Shown here: positions 50,410-60,987 of the stretch, one piece after another | Layout: the number at the start of each line of letters is the position of its first letter | Numbering within the stretch: position 1 is the stretch's first letter | IMG/VR virus record: IMGVR_UViG_3300021592_000001 | Span: 1-64,000 of that record | Source: a virus | Taxonomy: Duplodnaviria > Caudoviricetes | Reading direction: 5' to 3' (one strand) | Length of the DNA: 64,000 nt | Position numbers and translations under genes: made by a program | The notes under the pieces: model-generated | What the model was told of the DNA's origin: nothing | Database searches by the model: none | Seen by the model: only the letters and a program-made list of their open reading frames with translations

Positions 50410-51003
50410 CTATCTTTTGATTTCCCTAATTGGCGGTGTCCCTATAGGCCAAAGTCTGTTGATTTCGTTAGAGATAATACTATCCCTGTATTTTTCCAAT
50501 CCGTAAAGCTGTATAAGGAAATTCAGTATAGCTACTGATAATAATTTATCAGTATATTCACGAAGCCTTCTATCATCGAATCTAGTTACCGTTCCATTTC
50601 TAACAAATTCGTCTTGCAAATTCAGTAACGTTCGATTGAGTTCGTTCTCGATTTCAAATACATAATTTATTATATTGCGTATTCCCTCTTTGTACCTACC
50701 CGAAGACTGTGGTTTAAAGAATACAAATTTGTTACATATACGTCCTTTTCTATCTTTACAGGTAAAGACACAGTCTCCACACGTAAATTTTGATACGAAG
50801 TCCTTGCATATCGGTTGTAAAGCGCTCTTCGTCTTTTTGCAGGACTTAAACTTCTTGCAGAATATACATTTGATGTCTGTCGTAAATTTTTTGCAAACCT
50901 TGCTGCTTGGCTTCCTTCCTCTTTCCTCACATGTCTGTAGCCTACCAGCCTTTCTTCTTCTTGGTTCTTGAGAAAAGAACCTACACAATCTGCATGTTAT
51001 CAT
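50410..51003 (-). CDS. Cys-rich repeat protein
   Basis: Three CxxC...C..F repeats. Confidence 0.6.
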   Translation of the reverse strand: MITCRLCRFFSQEPRRRKAGRLQTCEERGRKPSSKVCKKFTTDIKCIFCKKFKSCKKTKSALQPICKDFVSKFTCGDCVFTCKDRKGRICNKFVFFKPQSSGRYKEGIRNIINYVFEIENELNRTLLNLQDEFVRNGTVTRFDDRRLREYTDKLLSVAILNFLIQLYGLEKYRDSIISNEINRLWPIGTPPIREIKR

Positions 51004-51028
51004 CCGCTTTCAATTCCTTTTAAACCGA

Positions 51029-51448
51029 TCAGCCTGACTGATCGAATTCCCAAACTTTCTCTTCATTAAATGCAACGAGAGGCTTGAAGTTCGCAATTTG
51101 AGATCCCTTCCAAATGTCGTCGCCATATCCTAAAGCACCGTTATCAAGTACCCACGGATCATCCTCGTTTTCGTACCAACAACAGACCATGTGCATGGAC
51201 GAAAAGCGCCCAGTTGCATCCATAACCATCCCAATAACAAGAGCTAACTCTTCAAGAGGGAATCCCACTTCTTTAAGAAGTCCGTATTTTGCTATAGCTT
51301 GGCCGTCACAGTCTTCTCTTCTAATCTCCTTCATTTCTCTGGTTGTAGGCCAGTAATCTATCTTTCCCCAGACCTCCTTATCCGAAGCGTACTGGATATT
51401 CCTATTTACCCAATTGTTGATTCCACGTAATATTTTGTGTTTGTCCAT
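51029..51448 (-). CDS. Transglutaminase-like cysteine peptidase (C93/BTLCP, LapG-like)
   Basis: N.WVN..I.Y.SD..VWG..DYW.T, DCD..AIAKY, HMV, VLDN (Cys-His-Asp). Confidence 0.85.
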   Translation of the reverse strand: MDKHKILRGINNWVNRNIQYASDKEVWGKIDYWPTTREMKEIRREDCDGQAIAKYGLLKEVGFPLEELALVIGMVMDATGRFSSMHMVCCWYENEDDPWVLDNGALGYGDDIWKGSQIANFKPLVAFNEEKVWEFDQSG

Positions 51449-51862
51449 TTCCTTTAATTATCTCCTTTGTACAGCATAGAATTACTGATCCTGCGTGCTC
51501 CTCTCTCTTTGTTGCCAGTCCTTTATCTGTTCTTTGTATAGAACAGGATGCTTTGATTCTTTCCTTTCCCAAGAATAGGGAGAGGAAGAGCATCCTGCTA
51601 ATACTAAGAAAGTTAGTGGCCATATCATTAATTTCTTTTTCATGCATTCCTCTCAATTTTGTAATAATAATAAGAGGTCTATCTTGCCGTCTGTATCTGC
51701 TATCAGTTCAATATTTACTATTTCTCTGTCTTCTCTCCATATTCTGTCGTAGGCATCTTTAATCGTCTGACAGACGATGTAGATATTCCCACGGTCTCCT
51801 GAAATCCCTTCTTGTACAGTTACTCTAAATAACTTCATAGTTAAATACCCTCCTTTGAGGCT

Positions 51863-51958
51863 CTCGCTAGGAAACCCGACCTTTCCTGGCGAGGATTGTT
51901 AATAAGATATTCTGTCAGGTTAGGTCTGACAGCGGCTTTACCAATTGGAGAGGGTCGG
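51863..51958 (-). other. Structured intergenic element: two hairpins with possible pseudoknot
   Basis: CTCGCTAGGAAA-CCCGACC-TTTCCTGGCGAG; CTGTCAG-N7-CTGACAG; loop CCGACC complementary to GGTCGG at 51953-51958. Confidence 0.45.
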
Positions 51959-51960
51959 AT

Positions 51961-53418
51961 TTATACCGAAAGGTCTATGCCCTCTTCAATCCATCGGTAT
52001 TCGTAATCCGACGGTTGGTAAGAATAAACAATGTTACCGTCTTTCACGTATTCTGGCTTCAACTTGCCATCAAAGTATTTATACGGATATTGAGTATTCC
52101 ATTTATTGAGTAAATAGTCTTTTAATGTATATCCTCTTCTCAGAGCAGATTTCTCTCCTATAATAGCAGGCATGTTATTAGTCAGTATAGAATCGTCCAA
52201 GAAAGTCAGATATTTGTTCTCCTTTGTAATTTCTGGCGAAAATACGTCCTCGAATTCTATCCTTGCGTCTTCGCCTCTCCAAAACTTCTTCCTCAATTCA
52301 ATAATAGCGTTGGTCATTTGGTATTTAGACCAGTTAAATAAATTTTGGTTAATTTTTATCCCAAGCCGTTCTGCAGTTTCCCTGTCAGGGAGTCCACAAC
52401 AGGACCCGACCATACCTAGTTCCTTAAAATCTGGATCACTGCAAGCAAATATCATATCATGTTCCAAACAGTACTCATAAACCTTCCTTATATATCTCTC
52501 TTTCACTAGTCTATTTAGTCTCTTGTATGTCCCCCTGTGTGATGGGGACAGTTTATCATAGTAGTCGTATAGATCGTCTATACCAGCATGGTGCTTCATA
52601 GCTTCTGCTAACTTATCTTGCCACGTATCTTTGTTCCTTCTGTCTTTAAAGTTTAAAGCATAGAACTCTATGCTGACTGCCCTTGCTCCTGCCTTCCTTG
52701 CCATAGAGAGAAGTTTCATATAGGAATCATTTTTATCAGATATTCCTATAATGAACGGTCTGAACCTTAGAACACAATAGTATCCTAAGTTAGAGAGCTT
52801 TTCCATCGCCTTAATTCTGTCTTTTGGCGAAGGAACTCCCCTCTCAATCTCTTTTGCAATGTTTTCATCGCTAGTTATCATACTAAACTGAAATGCAAAA
52901 TTGCCTTGCTTAGAAGCCTCCTTAAAAATTTTCATGCATCTGTCAAATTTTCTTATATCCCCTTTTGTTGAAAAGAATACAGGATAATCTTCTTCTGCAG
53001 CGAGTTCTATAATTTCAGCGCCAACATTGTGCTTCTTTTCTAAATAGCAAAATGGATCAGCTAAACCTCCCCAATGTAATACGAATTTGTTCTTGAAGAA
53101 AGACTTCTTAAGTGGTTTGAATACTTTCCACAATACTGTACTACTTTCTTTCTGTTTTATGTGTGTTCCCTTTCTGAAGAGGGGATACAAAGTATGGACA
53201 GCGACCGATCTAACTTTGAATTTGCCTCTACTATGGACAACAGGGTTCAGTTTTTTGAACACGTGTGCAAAGCAGTATAGACAATGATAGCTACACATAT
53301 TATACTGGTCAAAGGTCATAGGCAAACTGCAATCCAATACTTCGCTGGAAATTCTCGGGGAAGGGTAATAACTGCCTATTTTCTTAAGAGCTTTCTTAAT
53401 AGTTCTTTCAAACTTCAC
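51961..53418 (-). CDS. Radical SAM enzyme, spore-photoproduct-lyase-related
   Basis: CSYHCLYC (CxxxCxxC), GGLADPF, STKG, E...PSP..R, RFRPFI.G, SCCG. Confidence 0.9.
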   Translation of the reverse strand: MKFERTIKKALKKIGSYYPSPRISSEVLDCSLPMTFDQYNMCSYHCLYCFAHVFKKLNPVVHSRGKFKVRSVAVHTLYPLFRKGTHIKQKESSTVLWKVFKPLKKSFFKNKFVLHWGGLADPFCYLEKKHNVGAEIIELAAEEDYPVFFSTKGDIRKFDRCMKIFKEASKQGNFAFQFSMITSDENIAKEIERGVPSPKDRIKAMEKLSNLGYYCVLRFRPFIIGISDKNDSYMKLLSMARKAGARAVSIEFYALNFKDRRNKDTWQDKLAEAMKHHAGIDDLYDYYDKLSPSHRGTYKRLNRLVKERYIRKVYEYCLEHDMIFACSDPDFKELGMVGSCCGLPDRETAERLGIKINQNLFNWSKYQMTNAIIELRKKFWRGEDARIEFEDVFSPEITKENKYLTFLDDSILTNNMPAIIGEKSALRRGYTLKDYLLNKWNTQYPYKYFDGKLKPEYVKDGNIVYSYQPSDYEYRWIEEGIDLSV

Positions 53419-53927
53419 CTTTCTGACTCCTCTTGATTTGCTTCATAGCGGCTTTTATCAGCCATTTATTATCGTCGACTACAACGAATCTATCAAGCCC
53501 TGATATTCTTGCAAATTTGCAAAAAAGGGAATAATCTTTGTCATTGGAAAATACCAGGGTCACAAGTCTCTTTGAGAGCATATTAACAGGCTCTTCAAAC
53601 GATACTGGTTCAAGTCTATCCGGCCTCATGTGTTTTAGTTCAAGATATCTTAGTTCTTTTGGATCTTTAGTTTTTTCCATCTTCTTCAGAAGCTTTCTCT
53701 GCTTCTGGAGTCTGGTTTCACGAGGATAGACCTCAAATATACGTCTTATCATGACTTCTCTTTCCCATCTTATTTAAGCATTTATAATACTTTGTTATCA
53801 TAGCACCAGTCATACATTGTTCCAGCGGAATTCCATTTATATCTTTTATTCCGCATTTCTTAAGAACAGATATGATATTTTTCCTAGTCATCTTTATAGG
53901 TTTAGTCATAATATGAATCTGAGTCAT
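53408..53927 (-). CDS. Two small hypothetical genes coupled to the radical SAM gene
   Basis: Overlapping ends. Confidence 0.5.
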
Positions 53928-54240
53928 CGTGGTGTGTTGATACCTCTATGAATTTGCAGAGCTTTCCTACGGCTCTGAACCTATGTCGATTCATAGGCAT
54001 CACTCTAAAGGAAGCTCCTTCAACAATCTGATGATCCATCACCGAATCTCCGTTTTTAATCTGAAGCTGCAAAGTTCCCTCCAAGACGTAAAAAGTCTCG
54101 TCCTTCAGTTTATGATAATGGAATTTACCATTTGAAGACCAGCGATTTCCAACTACCATAAACTTACCGCAGTACTTTTCATTATTTTCAAAACATTCTT
54201 CATATCCCCAATTTTTCAATACTTTGCTATGTCGTCGCAT
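53902..54240 (-). CDS. Cupin (sugar isomerase-like)
   Basis: K.WG.E, HYH..KDETFYVLEG, HRF, EVST.H. Confidence 0.85.
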   Translation of the reverse strand: MRRHSKVLKNWGYEECFENNEKYCGKFMVVGNRWSSNGKFHYHKLKDETFYVLEGTLQLQIKNGDSVMDHQIVEGASFRVMPMNRHRFRAVGKLCKFIEVSTHHDDSDSYYD

Positions 54241-54250
54241 ACTCCCTCCC

Positions 54251-55259
54251 TCAAGGGTTTAATAGTTTACCTAGAGTTATTTCGGCGATCGCCCTGATTT
54301 CTTTCAGGGCAAAGTGAGTGTTGCTCAAATTGATTTCGACCATTTCTGCCGTATCCAATATAAATTCTAACTGCCTCTTTATTTCGTAGAGAGGTCTAAA
54401 TGTTCTCTGCATGAAAGCGTTCCTTGCTTCTTGATTACCTAGCATAGATATATGGTCTCTGTATTTGTCGTAGACATAAGAACGAGCCAGATTTTCTATA
54501 GATATCAACTCGTTTAGTATAGATTTTATGGATATTCTTATCTCAAGAGTTCTATCTCTATAGGCTTGAGTTTCTTCGAACAGAGAAGCCAACTTGGACA
54601 ACTCTCTCTTACTCCAATTAGCTATCGGGACACGTATATTTCTAGCTATTGATTTTGCCCTTACGGAGAATACCTTAAACGATTTGAGCTCATCCATCAC
54701 AGATTCGTCTACAAAGAACTGCTTCGAAGAAAGCTTCCTCTTAAGTTTATTTATGAAGGAATCGTCGTACAGTCTTGGCTTAAACTTAATGCAGGCTGGC
54801 GAAAAGTCGTTTATTTTGTAGATGTTTTTACAGCTATCTATATTCCTACAATCTCCGCACAATATATAGGGATTATGGTGAGCCTTTGGGGGCTTGGACT
54901 TCCTCTTTCTCTTTTTCTTTGCCATCAGTCCTCCTATCTAGACATATTAAGACTTCATTGTTGTCATAAAGATAAATGCGTATATATTTGTCACGAAAAG
55001 CAATTTTATAGGGAGATATATCATTAGATACCTTCCCGCAATACAAATGAGCCTCTCCGTGAGCTATCACGGTGTCCTTGCATCTAAATGTGTATCCTAT
55101 TACGTAGTTGTTCGTCTTATGAATAAGGACAGACACGCATCCATAATTTTTCGGCTTAGCTGACGGAGCTTTGAGGCTATCTCTTATTTTATATACGAAC
55201 TCGCTGTCTGATATGCGCATCATTTTCCCTACGGGAACTTTGCTCCAGTCTATCTTCAT
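54251..55259 (-). CDS. Two hypothetical genes (54251-54925 helical, possibly recombination mediator; 54873-55259)
   Basis: Position in the replication block; SDs. Confidence 0.45.
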
Positions 55260-55677
55260 TCTTTTTTATTCCTTTTTTAAGGAGTTTCAAAAATTCCTTT
55301 CGGTCTGATAACCATCCTCCGTACTTTTTAATTACTTTAAGAAATTCCTCTACGTCATGTTTTCTTATCTTCCATCTCTGATTACCTTTCGAGTCCACAG
55401 AAGCTTGAATGTGTAGCAATTCGTGCAATAGCAGAGCTTTCTTCTGTTTTTTATTTGACTTGTTCCAAAAACCTTCCCACACTTCAATTATATAGTCATA
55501 CCCCGTCAAAAATTTGACTAAAGGAGAAGTTTTTTTGCATACCCCTAAATAAGGGGAACTTCCTGATTTGCGTATCAGAAATTTTATACGACATCCTTTA
55601 TTTGCATCTAAGCTCTTGTTTGACTTCAGTACTTTCTGGGCTAATCTATCAAGTTCTTTACTTTCAACGTATTTCAT
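55189..55677 (-). CDS. Putative phage zinc metallopeptidase
   Basis: LLHELLH, HDVEEF..V...YG. Confidence 0.85.
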   Translation of the reverse strand: MKYVESKELDRLAQKVLKSNKSLDANKGCRIKFLIRKSGSSPYLGVCKKTSPLVKFLTGYDYIIEVWEGFWNKSNKKQKKALLLHELLHIQASVDSKGNQRWKIRKHDVEEFLKVIKKYGGWLSDRKEFLKLLKKGIKKNEDRLEQSSRRENDAHIRQRVRI

Positions 55678-55690
55678 TACCAGTTCCCTC

Positions 55691-56767
55691 CTACTGGACT
55701 AGCGGGAAAACATACGAAATATCTTGTTTTGTAGACCGTATTACTGCTACGTCTTTATAAACTTCAATTTTTGACGACACTTTGACAAGACTGAAGAGAT
55801 CTGAAGCAATTTTATTACTTATATTAAAAGAACAGTCTTTACCTTGCTTCTTATGTATCGGTACGGTATATGTAGCATTTGCAGTCCCAGTAACTGCTTT
55901 CATTTCAAGTTTGTTTTTCTTGGTAGAACATATAATTTTAATCTCGTCCAACTTAGACGATTTGACGAGACTAAACAGCGTCTCGCACGCTTTATGTAGT
56001 TTTGAGGCATCTGCAATAAACGAAACCTTTGCATTCTTCAGTTTAGAGATGAACTCCTCGGACGTACTAGGTTTTGTTACTTGTAAAGCAGGGTATTGGC
56101 AATCTATAGATTCTGTCACTACTCTCATCTGCTTTCCGTCTGTACCGAATTTCATTATTTCGGCTCCTGATATTATATTGGATATACGTCGCATAGATTC
56201 AAAATTGACGTTCACTTTGAACTTTTTAGCTGACGTTGTAGACTTAAACACACCGCCTCTGTAGCTATCGTTAGTAGACATTATAAATTCTCCGCTATTT
56301 GTGATACGGATACTCAAATTTTTACTGTCCTTCCCTGCAAGAATAGGGCTATAGTTTAAATAGGAGATCCCTTCGCACAGTAGCTTCGGGTCTATCTGAT
56401 ACTTCGCTGTTATTGCTTTCAGAGGTTTGTGCTTGGTAACTTTATTCTTGTCAATCAATTTCGAAAGTGTTCCCTTGAACGATCCACAAGCGAATGACAG
56501 AGATCTCCCTTCTAAAGAGAAATTTATAGTATCCTTAGGAAAATTAATTGCAGATATTGTGGAATATTCTATTGCAAACGTCTCGTTTTTAGAGCCTGTA
56601 ACTGGAATCTTCTGACTTATCCACGCATTCTTCTCGCCACAATTAATGGTGAGAACATTCTTCTTGGCATTGATCTCGAATAGTGCAGACACGTCAGAGT
56701 TACCGAATATAGTTTCTATCACTTTAGTTGCATACTTTAGGTCGTCCCTCTTGACTTTAAATTCCAT
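55691..56767 (-). CDS. Sliding clamp (DnaN-like beta subunit)
   Basis: ~358 aa three-domain size, MEFKV.R..L start, STNDSYR and YP linker motifs; replication context. Confidence 0.7.
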   Translation of the reverse strand: MEFKVKRDDLKYATKVIETIFGNSDVSALFEINAKKNVLTINCGEKNAWISQKIPVTGSKNETFAIEYSTISAINFPKDTINFSLEGRSLSFACGSFKGTLSKLIDKNKVTKHKPLKAITAKYQIDPKLLCEGISYLNYSPILAGKDSKNLSIRITNSGEFIMSTNDSYRGGVFKSTTSAKKFKVNVNFESMRRISNIISGAEIMKFGTDGKQMRVVTESIDCQYPALQVTKPSTSEEFISKLKNAKVSFIADASKLHKACETLFSLVKSSKLDEIKIICSTKKNKLEMKAVTGTANATYTVPIHKKQGKDCSFNISNKIASDLFSLVKVSSKIEVYKDVAVIRSTKQDISYVFPLVQ

Positions 56768-57611
56768 AACACTTCCTCCCTTTTTTAAGGTTTATCCAAA
56801 AATCGGAGCCGTATTTTTTAATACCATTATCTTTCATTATTTTGAGAAATATAGTTTTATCACCTCTAATATCTTCCTGTTTGACTTTTACTTTATTCTT
56901 CAATTTTACGATTTTGTAGAAAAATTTTATCTGCTCTCTATTATTTTGTATTATTTCCCTCAGATGACTGTCTCTTTTTGATATACTAAAAAAAGATTTC
57001 AACGTTTTGGAACTATTTATTACGTCTATTATCTTTTTCCTTGGTAATCTACAATTCAGCTTTGGTATGTTGTCAGACTTATCCCCAAAGATGGCCTTAT
57101 AAAGGCAGATTTTCTTTGGATTTCTTATGCCGTATTTGCTCTCTACGTAATCACGAGAGATAACATTTCCGCTAAGATCAGCTAGGAGCACTCTCTTTCC
57201 GAATAATTGCCACAGATCATGGTCTGAACTAATTACTATTGTGCAGTCATCTATTTTCTTTACATAAGAAGCTATTACAGAATCAGCTTCTTCGTGCCTG
57301 TTATATATTATCCTACAAGGTAGGGTTCTTATTATTTTCTCTATGTCTGGGACAGGGTTGAATCTGCCTCTGATTCTGTTAGCTTTGTATCCTGGGAATA
57401 CTTTATAAACATGCTTGGGATAGCCGTCTATTGCAAATACAAATACAAGAGCATCCCCCTTCTTCCCAAATTTATTATAGAAAGAGTTCAATTTAGATAC
57501 AAATCCGTAGATATGTGAAGTTTTCTTACCTTCGAAATTGGCAAATCGGTATCCTTTTGCATAATAACAGGCGTATGCTAAATTTGATGTATCGATAATT
57601 ATTTCAGTCAT
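56757..57611 (-). CDS. 5'-3' exonuclease / flap endonuclease (PolI-N / T4 RNase H-like)
   Basis: IIDTSN, YKANR, EEADSVIA, SSDHDLWQ, GDKSDNIP. Confidence 0.9.
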   Translation of the reverse strand: MTEIIIDTSNLAYACYYAKGYRFANFEGKKTSHIYGFVSKLNSFYNKFGKKGDALVFVFAIDGYPKHVYKVFPGYKANRIRGRFNPVPDIEKIIRTLPCRIIYNRHEEADSVIASYVKKIDDCTIVISSDHDLWQLFGKRVLLADLSGNVISRDYVESKYGIRNPKKICLYKAIFGDKSDNIPKLNCRLPRKKIIDVINSSKTLKSFFSISKRDSHLREIIQNNREQIKFFYKIVKLKNKVKVKQEDIRGDKTIFLKIMKDNGIKKYGSDFWINLKKGRKCYGI

Positions 57612-58972
57612 TAGTCCGGCTCTATCGGTATTAGTTCGTAATCTTCCCGCTCGGCTACTAATTCTTCAGTCGAACGGTATCTCCTACTTTTGGCTTTTGC
57701 CCTGACATCTCGCTTACCGTCTTTAGCTGTATAATCTCTTATTATCATTTTATCGAAATCTGCTACCAAAGTGAAAGGAAACACTTTTTGGTTTCTCGCT
57801 TTCTGTTGATTTACCGTGATAATATTATTTTCCCCCATAGGATTATAGTTCCAAGACCACATATTGTCACAATTTTCTTTAATCGCTCTAGAATATCTGA
57901 TCCTTTCCTCGTCATTCACCTGAGCAAGAATAACAACTACACTATTAGTGTCTTTTGCGAACAGCTTTCCATATCTTGTTGATTCAGCTAACGACTTCCA
58001 CTGCTCGTCCCTTTCTTGTTTTAATAATGAAGCATAGTCTATAACGAAGACATCATAGTTATAAGGTTTTAGGCGGAATAGTATGTCTCTTATGTATAGG
58101 TCTTCGCTAGGAGTATATATAGTGTACTTACAGTCATTGCGCTTCCCAAACTTTTGGAAACTATTCCAAGACGTAATTATTCTTTGTTTATCGGCTTTAG
58201 TTAGTTTGTTAAGACTTATATTAAGAGAATCTACTCCAGAAATATTTGACAATATTCGTGTAAGAACCTGTTCCCTATCCATTTCCAGAGAAACGAGCAC
58301 TACGCTGAACCCTGAAAGATACATATTTATAAGAAGTTGAATAGCCATAGCACTCTTACCGCCAGAAGTATTAGCTCCTATGACTACGAGGCTGGATCTT
58401 TTAAATCCACCGTTTATAGAGTCGAACTGCTTTATTCCAGTAGGTATGCAAGGAACTACTTCCCCTTCTATAATCTTCTTTACGACATCGTCCGCATTAT
58501 CCCTGTTTCCTATATGTAAGATGTCATCTTCAGAGCTTGCGGACTTTGCCTTCATCAAAGTATCTTCCCATAACCTTATTAAGGCATCTGGGTCTACGGC
58601 TTCCTTGGAAACTATGTCAGACGATTTAATAAGACTGTGCTTGATAGTTCTAAATTTTCTATAATTTTCGAGAATGTCTATGAGAGTCTTCGCATCTTTC
58701 TCAGTAGTAATTCTATATTTCTTCTTTTTAGAAGTTCTTAGCATCACCCTTGCGGACTCAGGCAGAACAGCGTCTTCCGCAAGTGTAGATACCTTCGGTA
58801 TAAGCTTACCTTTTGAGAGAAGATTCCTAATCCTTCTAAATACCTTACGAATATCTTCGTGTCCGAAATGGTCTTCCCTTAGGAATCCAAGGAGAATAGA
58901 CTTTGCAACTTCACTACCGTCACAGATAGTGATAATAGCCTTCAATTCGCTCTTAATAGATATGCTTCTCAT
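57611..58972 (-). CDS. DnaB-like replicative helicase
   Basis: IPTG..FD...GG, GGKS, SLEM, IDY, LAQ.N, KARN. Confidence 0.9.
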   Translation of the reverse strand: MRSISIKSELKAIITICDGSEVAKSILLGFLREDHFGHEDIRKVFRRIRNLLSKGKLIPKVSTLAEDAVLPESARVMLRTSKKKKYRITTEKDAKTLIDILENYRKFRTIKHSLIKSSDIVSKEAVDPDALIRLWEDTLMKAKSASSEDDILHIGNRDNADDVVKKIIEGEVVPCIPTGIKQFDSINGGFKRSSLVVIGANTSGGKSAMAIQLLINMYLSGFSVVLVSLEMDREQVLTRILSNISGVDSLNISLNKLTKADKQRIITSWNSFQKFGKRNDCKYTIYTPSEDLYIRDILFRLKPYNYDVFVIDYASLLKQERDEQWKSLAESTRYGKLFAKDTNSVVVILAQVNDEERIRYSRAIKENCDNMWSWNYNPMGENNIITVNQQKARNQKVFPFTLVADFDKMIIRDYTAKDGKRDVRAKAKSRRYRSTEELVAEREDYELIPIEPD

Positions 58973-59556
58973 GACTCAGCGAAGTAGTTAATGGGATGTA
59001 ATATATAATCAACAGGATGTCTTAACATGTCTGAAAAGAATGAGTAAGCATCGATTCCTCCTATTATTAGAAAAAGCGTACTGGTGTCTAAGTATTTTGT
59101 TACAATGTCTCTAAGTTTCATAGTTCTGTCTACTGTAATATGGTCTGTAATATTATAAATGAATAGAGCCTTACAGGGTTCTGGAGAATATGTTTCCGAC
59201 AAATTTACCATCAATACATATTCTCCTCTCTTAATAGCTTTGCTAAATAAGGTAGAGGCTACCATCATAGCTAAAGCATCTGTCGGCTCTGAACTAATAC
59301 CTATTATCTTATTGTGTGGAATACCTTCTTTGCAGAAGAACTTGAACCATCTCTCTTGCACATCATCACTTATCGAGCTCACCTTTCCTTTCCTCGTTTT
59401 ATATATGATTCTACCAAATTTGAATGAAACTTCTTTGAAAGCTGAATATCTTAGTGGTAGTCCTCTCGACTTCGCAATCAGTTCTATGTTCTTACCACGA
59501 GAGCTTTTGAGTATTTTGCTCGATTTCGCCTTCTGTGATAAAGCCTTCTTGCTCAT
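58969..59556 (-). CDS. Hypothetical protein, possibly degenerate helicase loader
   Basis: Adjacent to DnaB; GLPLRY..F pattern; no intact Walker A. Confidence 0.4.
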   Translation of the reverse strand: MSKKALSQKAKSSKILKSSRGKNIELIAKSRGLPLRYSAFKEVSFKFGRIIYKTRKGKVSSISDDVQERWFKFFCKEGIPHNKIIGISSEPTDALAMMVASTLFSKAIKRGEYVLMVNLSETYSPEPCKALFIYNITDHITVDRTMKLRDIVTKYLDTSTLFLIIGGIDAYSFFSDMLRHPVDYILHPINYFAES

Positions 59557-60955
59557 GTACTTTCTCCGCTATCCTTTTACATGCATAGACAGCTCCGTGT
59601 CCCTTATCCAGGAAGTATCTCACTACAGGCATAGGTTTTCCTTTATATGGAGTGCGGATTCTCGATACTTCCTGATAGTAATTCTCGCTATAAGCTATAG
59701 GACATACATTGTAATAAGCTGACCATAAAGGAACATCAATACCAAACTTCGTTATTTTTCTGGAAGCTACGGTTACTCGTAGTTTACCACTCCTAGCTTC
59801 CTCCAAAATTTCTTTTCTATTACTGTTACCGAGAAATGATCTTGTATATACTCCTCTCTCGTTGATCATTCGAGAGAGTTCTTTCGCATGAGCTACTCTG
59901 TCTGTAACTATCAGTATATAATGTCCGTCCTTAGCGTCCTTTACTGCCCAGTCAGCTATCAGCTTGTTTCTGCTCTTATTTTTGCAGAGTCTGTTGATGA
60001 ACGTTGTCCACCTGGAAAAAGCAGGAACACGATAATCAGTTCTTATAAAAGTCACTTTACATATCATAGAGTCTGCTTGACCTATAGACGTAACAGGACC
60101 GAGGATATCGTCAGCTAGAATATGTAGCTCGTCTTTCCGTCTTGGAGTAGCAGTCAGCCCCATTCGGTAGTAAGAATTGATGACATCAACTACATGTCTA
60201 TAATTATAGGCCGAAGACAGATGGCACTCATCTACTACCAGCAATCCAAAGCTGTTTCTATTTCTGTGCAATATCTTGCTTCCACGTTCTCGAATAAAAG
60301 CTTGGTAGGTGGACATCACTACATCATATTCGTTGAGACTGCTCCAGTTCGTTATTCTCCCTACTATATACTTTGTTCTATGCAACTTCCTTAGATGCTT
60401 CAAATTTGTGAACTTTTCAAAAGTTGATACAAACTGGTCAAGAAGATCTGCTTGATGTGAGAGGATAAGAGTCTTCATGCCAAGCTTGCATATAATATAG
60501 CAAGCCATCACAGTTTTACCGCTTCTTGCAGGTGCTTTGAGCTGTCCGTATTTGTATTCCATCCATTCATCTACTGCTTCACGTTGATTCCTCCAAAGTT
60601 CACCTGTGAATTCTAAACCGTAGGACATCTTAGGTTTAGCTCTCTTATCCTTAACTCTGTACATCAAGTCTGAAAAGACTTTATAGAGCTTGCCTAAATC
60701 GCCACGACAAAACGATACGTATTTATCATGGTTCTTATAAGTAACAATCTGCAGCGACAGTCCTTCTCTGGTCTTTATTTTATATGTAAAGCTTTTTTTA
60801 TGAAATGGTTCAACGAGTTTCTTGGGTACGTACAGACGTTCCTTTAGGATCAATCTCTTCTTCTGACTTTTCATCTTTCTTGCATTCTCCAACGGCATGA
60901 TAAGTGCCGCATTTCTTACAGAATTCGATAGGTTTTTCTTCTGTAGATACAGCAT
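59492..60955 (-). CDS. SF2 DEAD/DEAH helicase (UvsW/XPB-like); real start probably 60874
   Basis: Q motif, APARSGKT, DECH, TATP.R.D, GIDVP, Q...RI. Confidence 0.9.
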   Translation of the reverse strand: MLYLQKKNLSNSVRNAALIMPLENARKMKSQKKRLILKERLYVPKKLVEPFHKKSFTYKIKTREGLSLQIVTYKNHDKYVSFCRGDLGKLYKVFSDLMYRVKDKRAKPKMSYGLEFTGELWRNQREAVDEWMEYKYGQLKAPARSGKTVMACYIICKLGMKTLILSHQADLLDQFVSTFEKFTNLKHLRKLHRTKYIVGRITNWSSLNEYDVVMSTYQAFIRERGSKILHRNRNSFGLLVVDECHLSSAYNYRHVVDVINSYYRMGLTATPRRKDELHILADDILGPVTSIGQADSMICKVTFIRTDYRVPAFSRWTTFINRLCKNKSRNKLIADWAVKDAKDGHYILIVTDRVAHAKELSRMINERGVYTRSFLGNSNRKEILEEARSGKLRVTVASRKITKFGIDVPLWSAYYNVCPIAYSENYYQEVSRIRTPYKGKPMPVVRYFLDKGHGAVYACKRIAEKVHEQEGFITEGEIEQNTQKLSW

Positions 60956-60987
60956 CTCCAGTTACTATTTCCATGTTTATACCCTCC

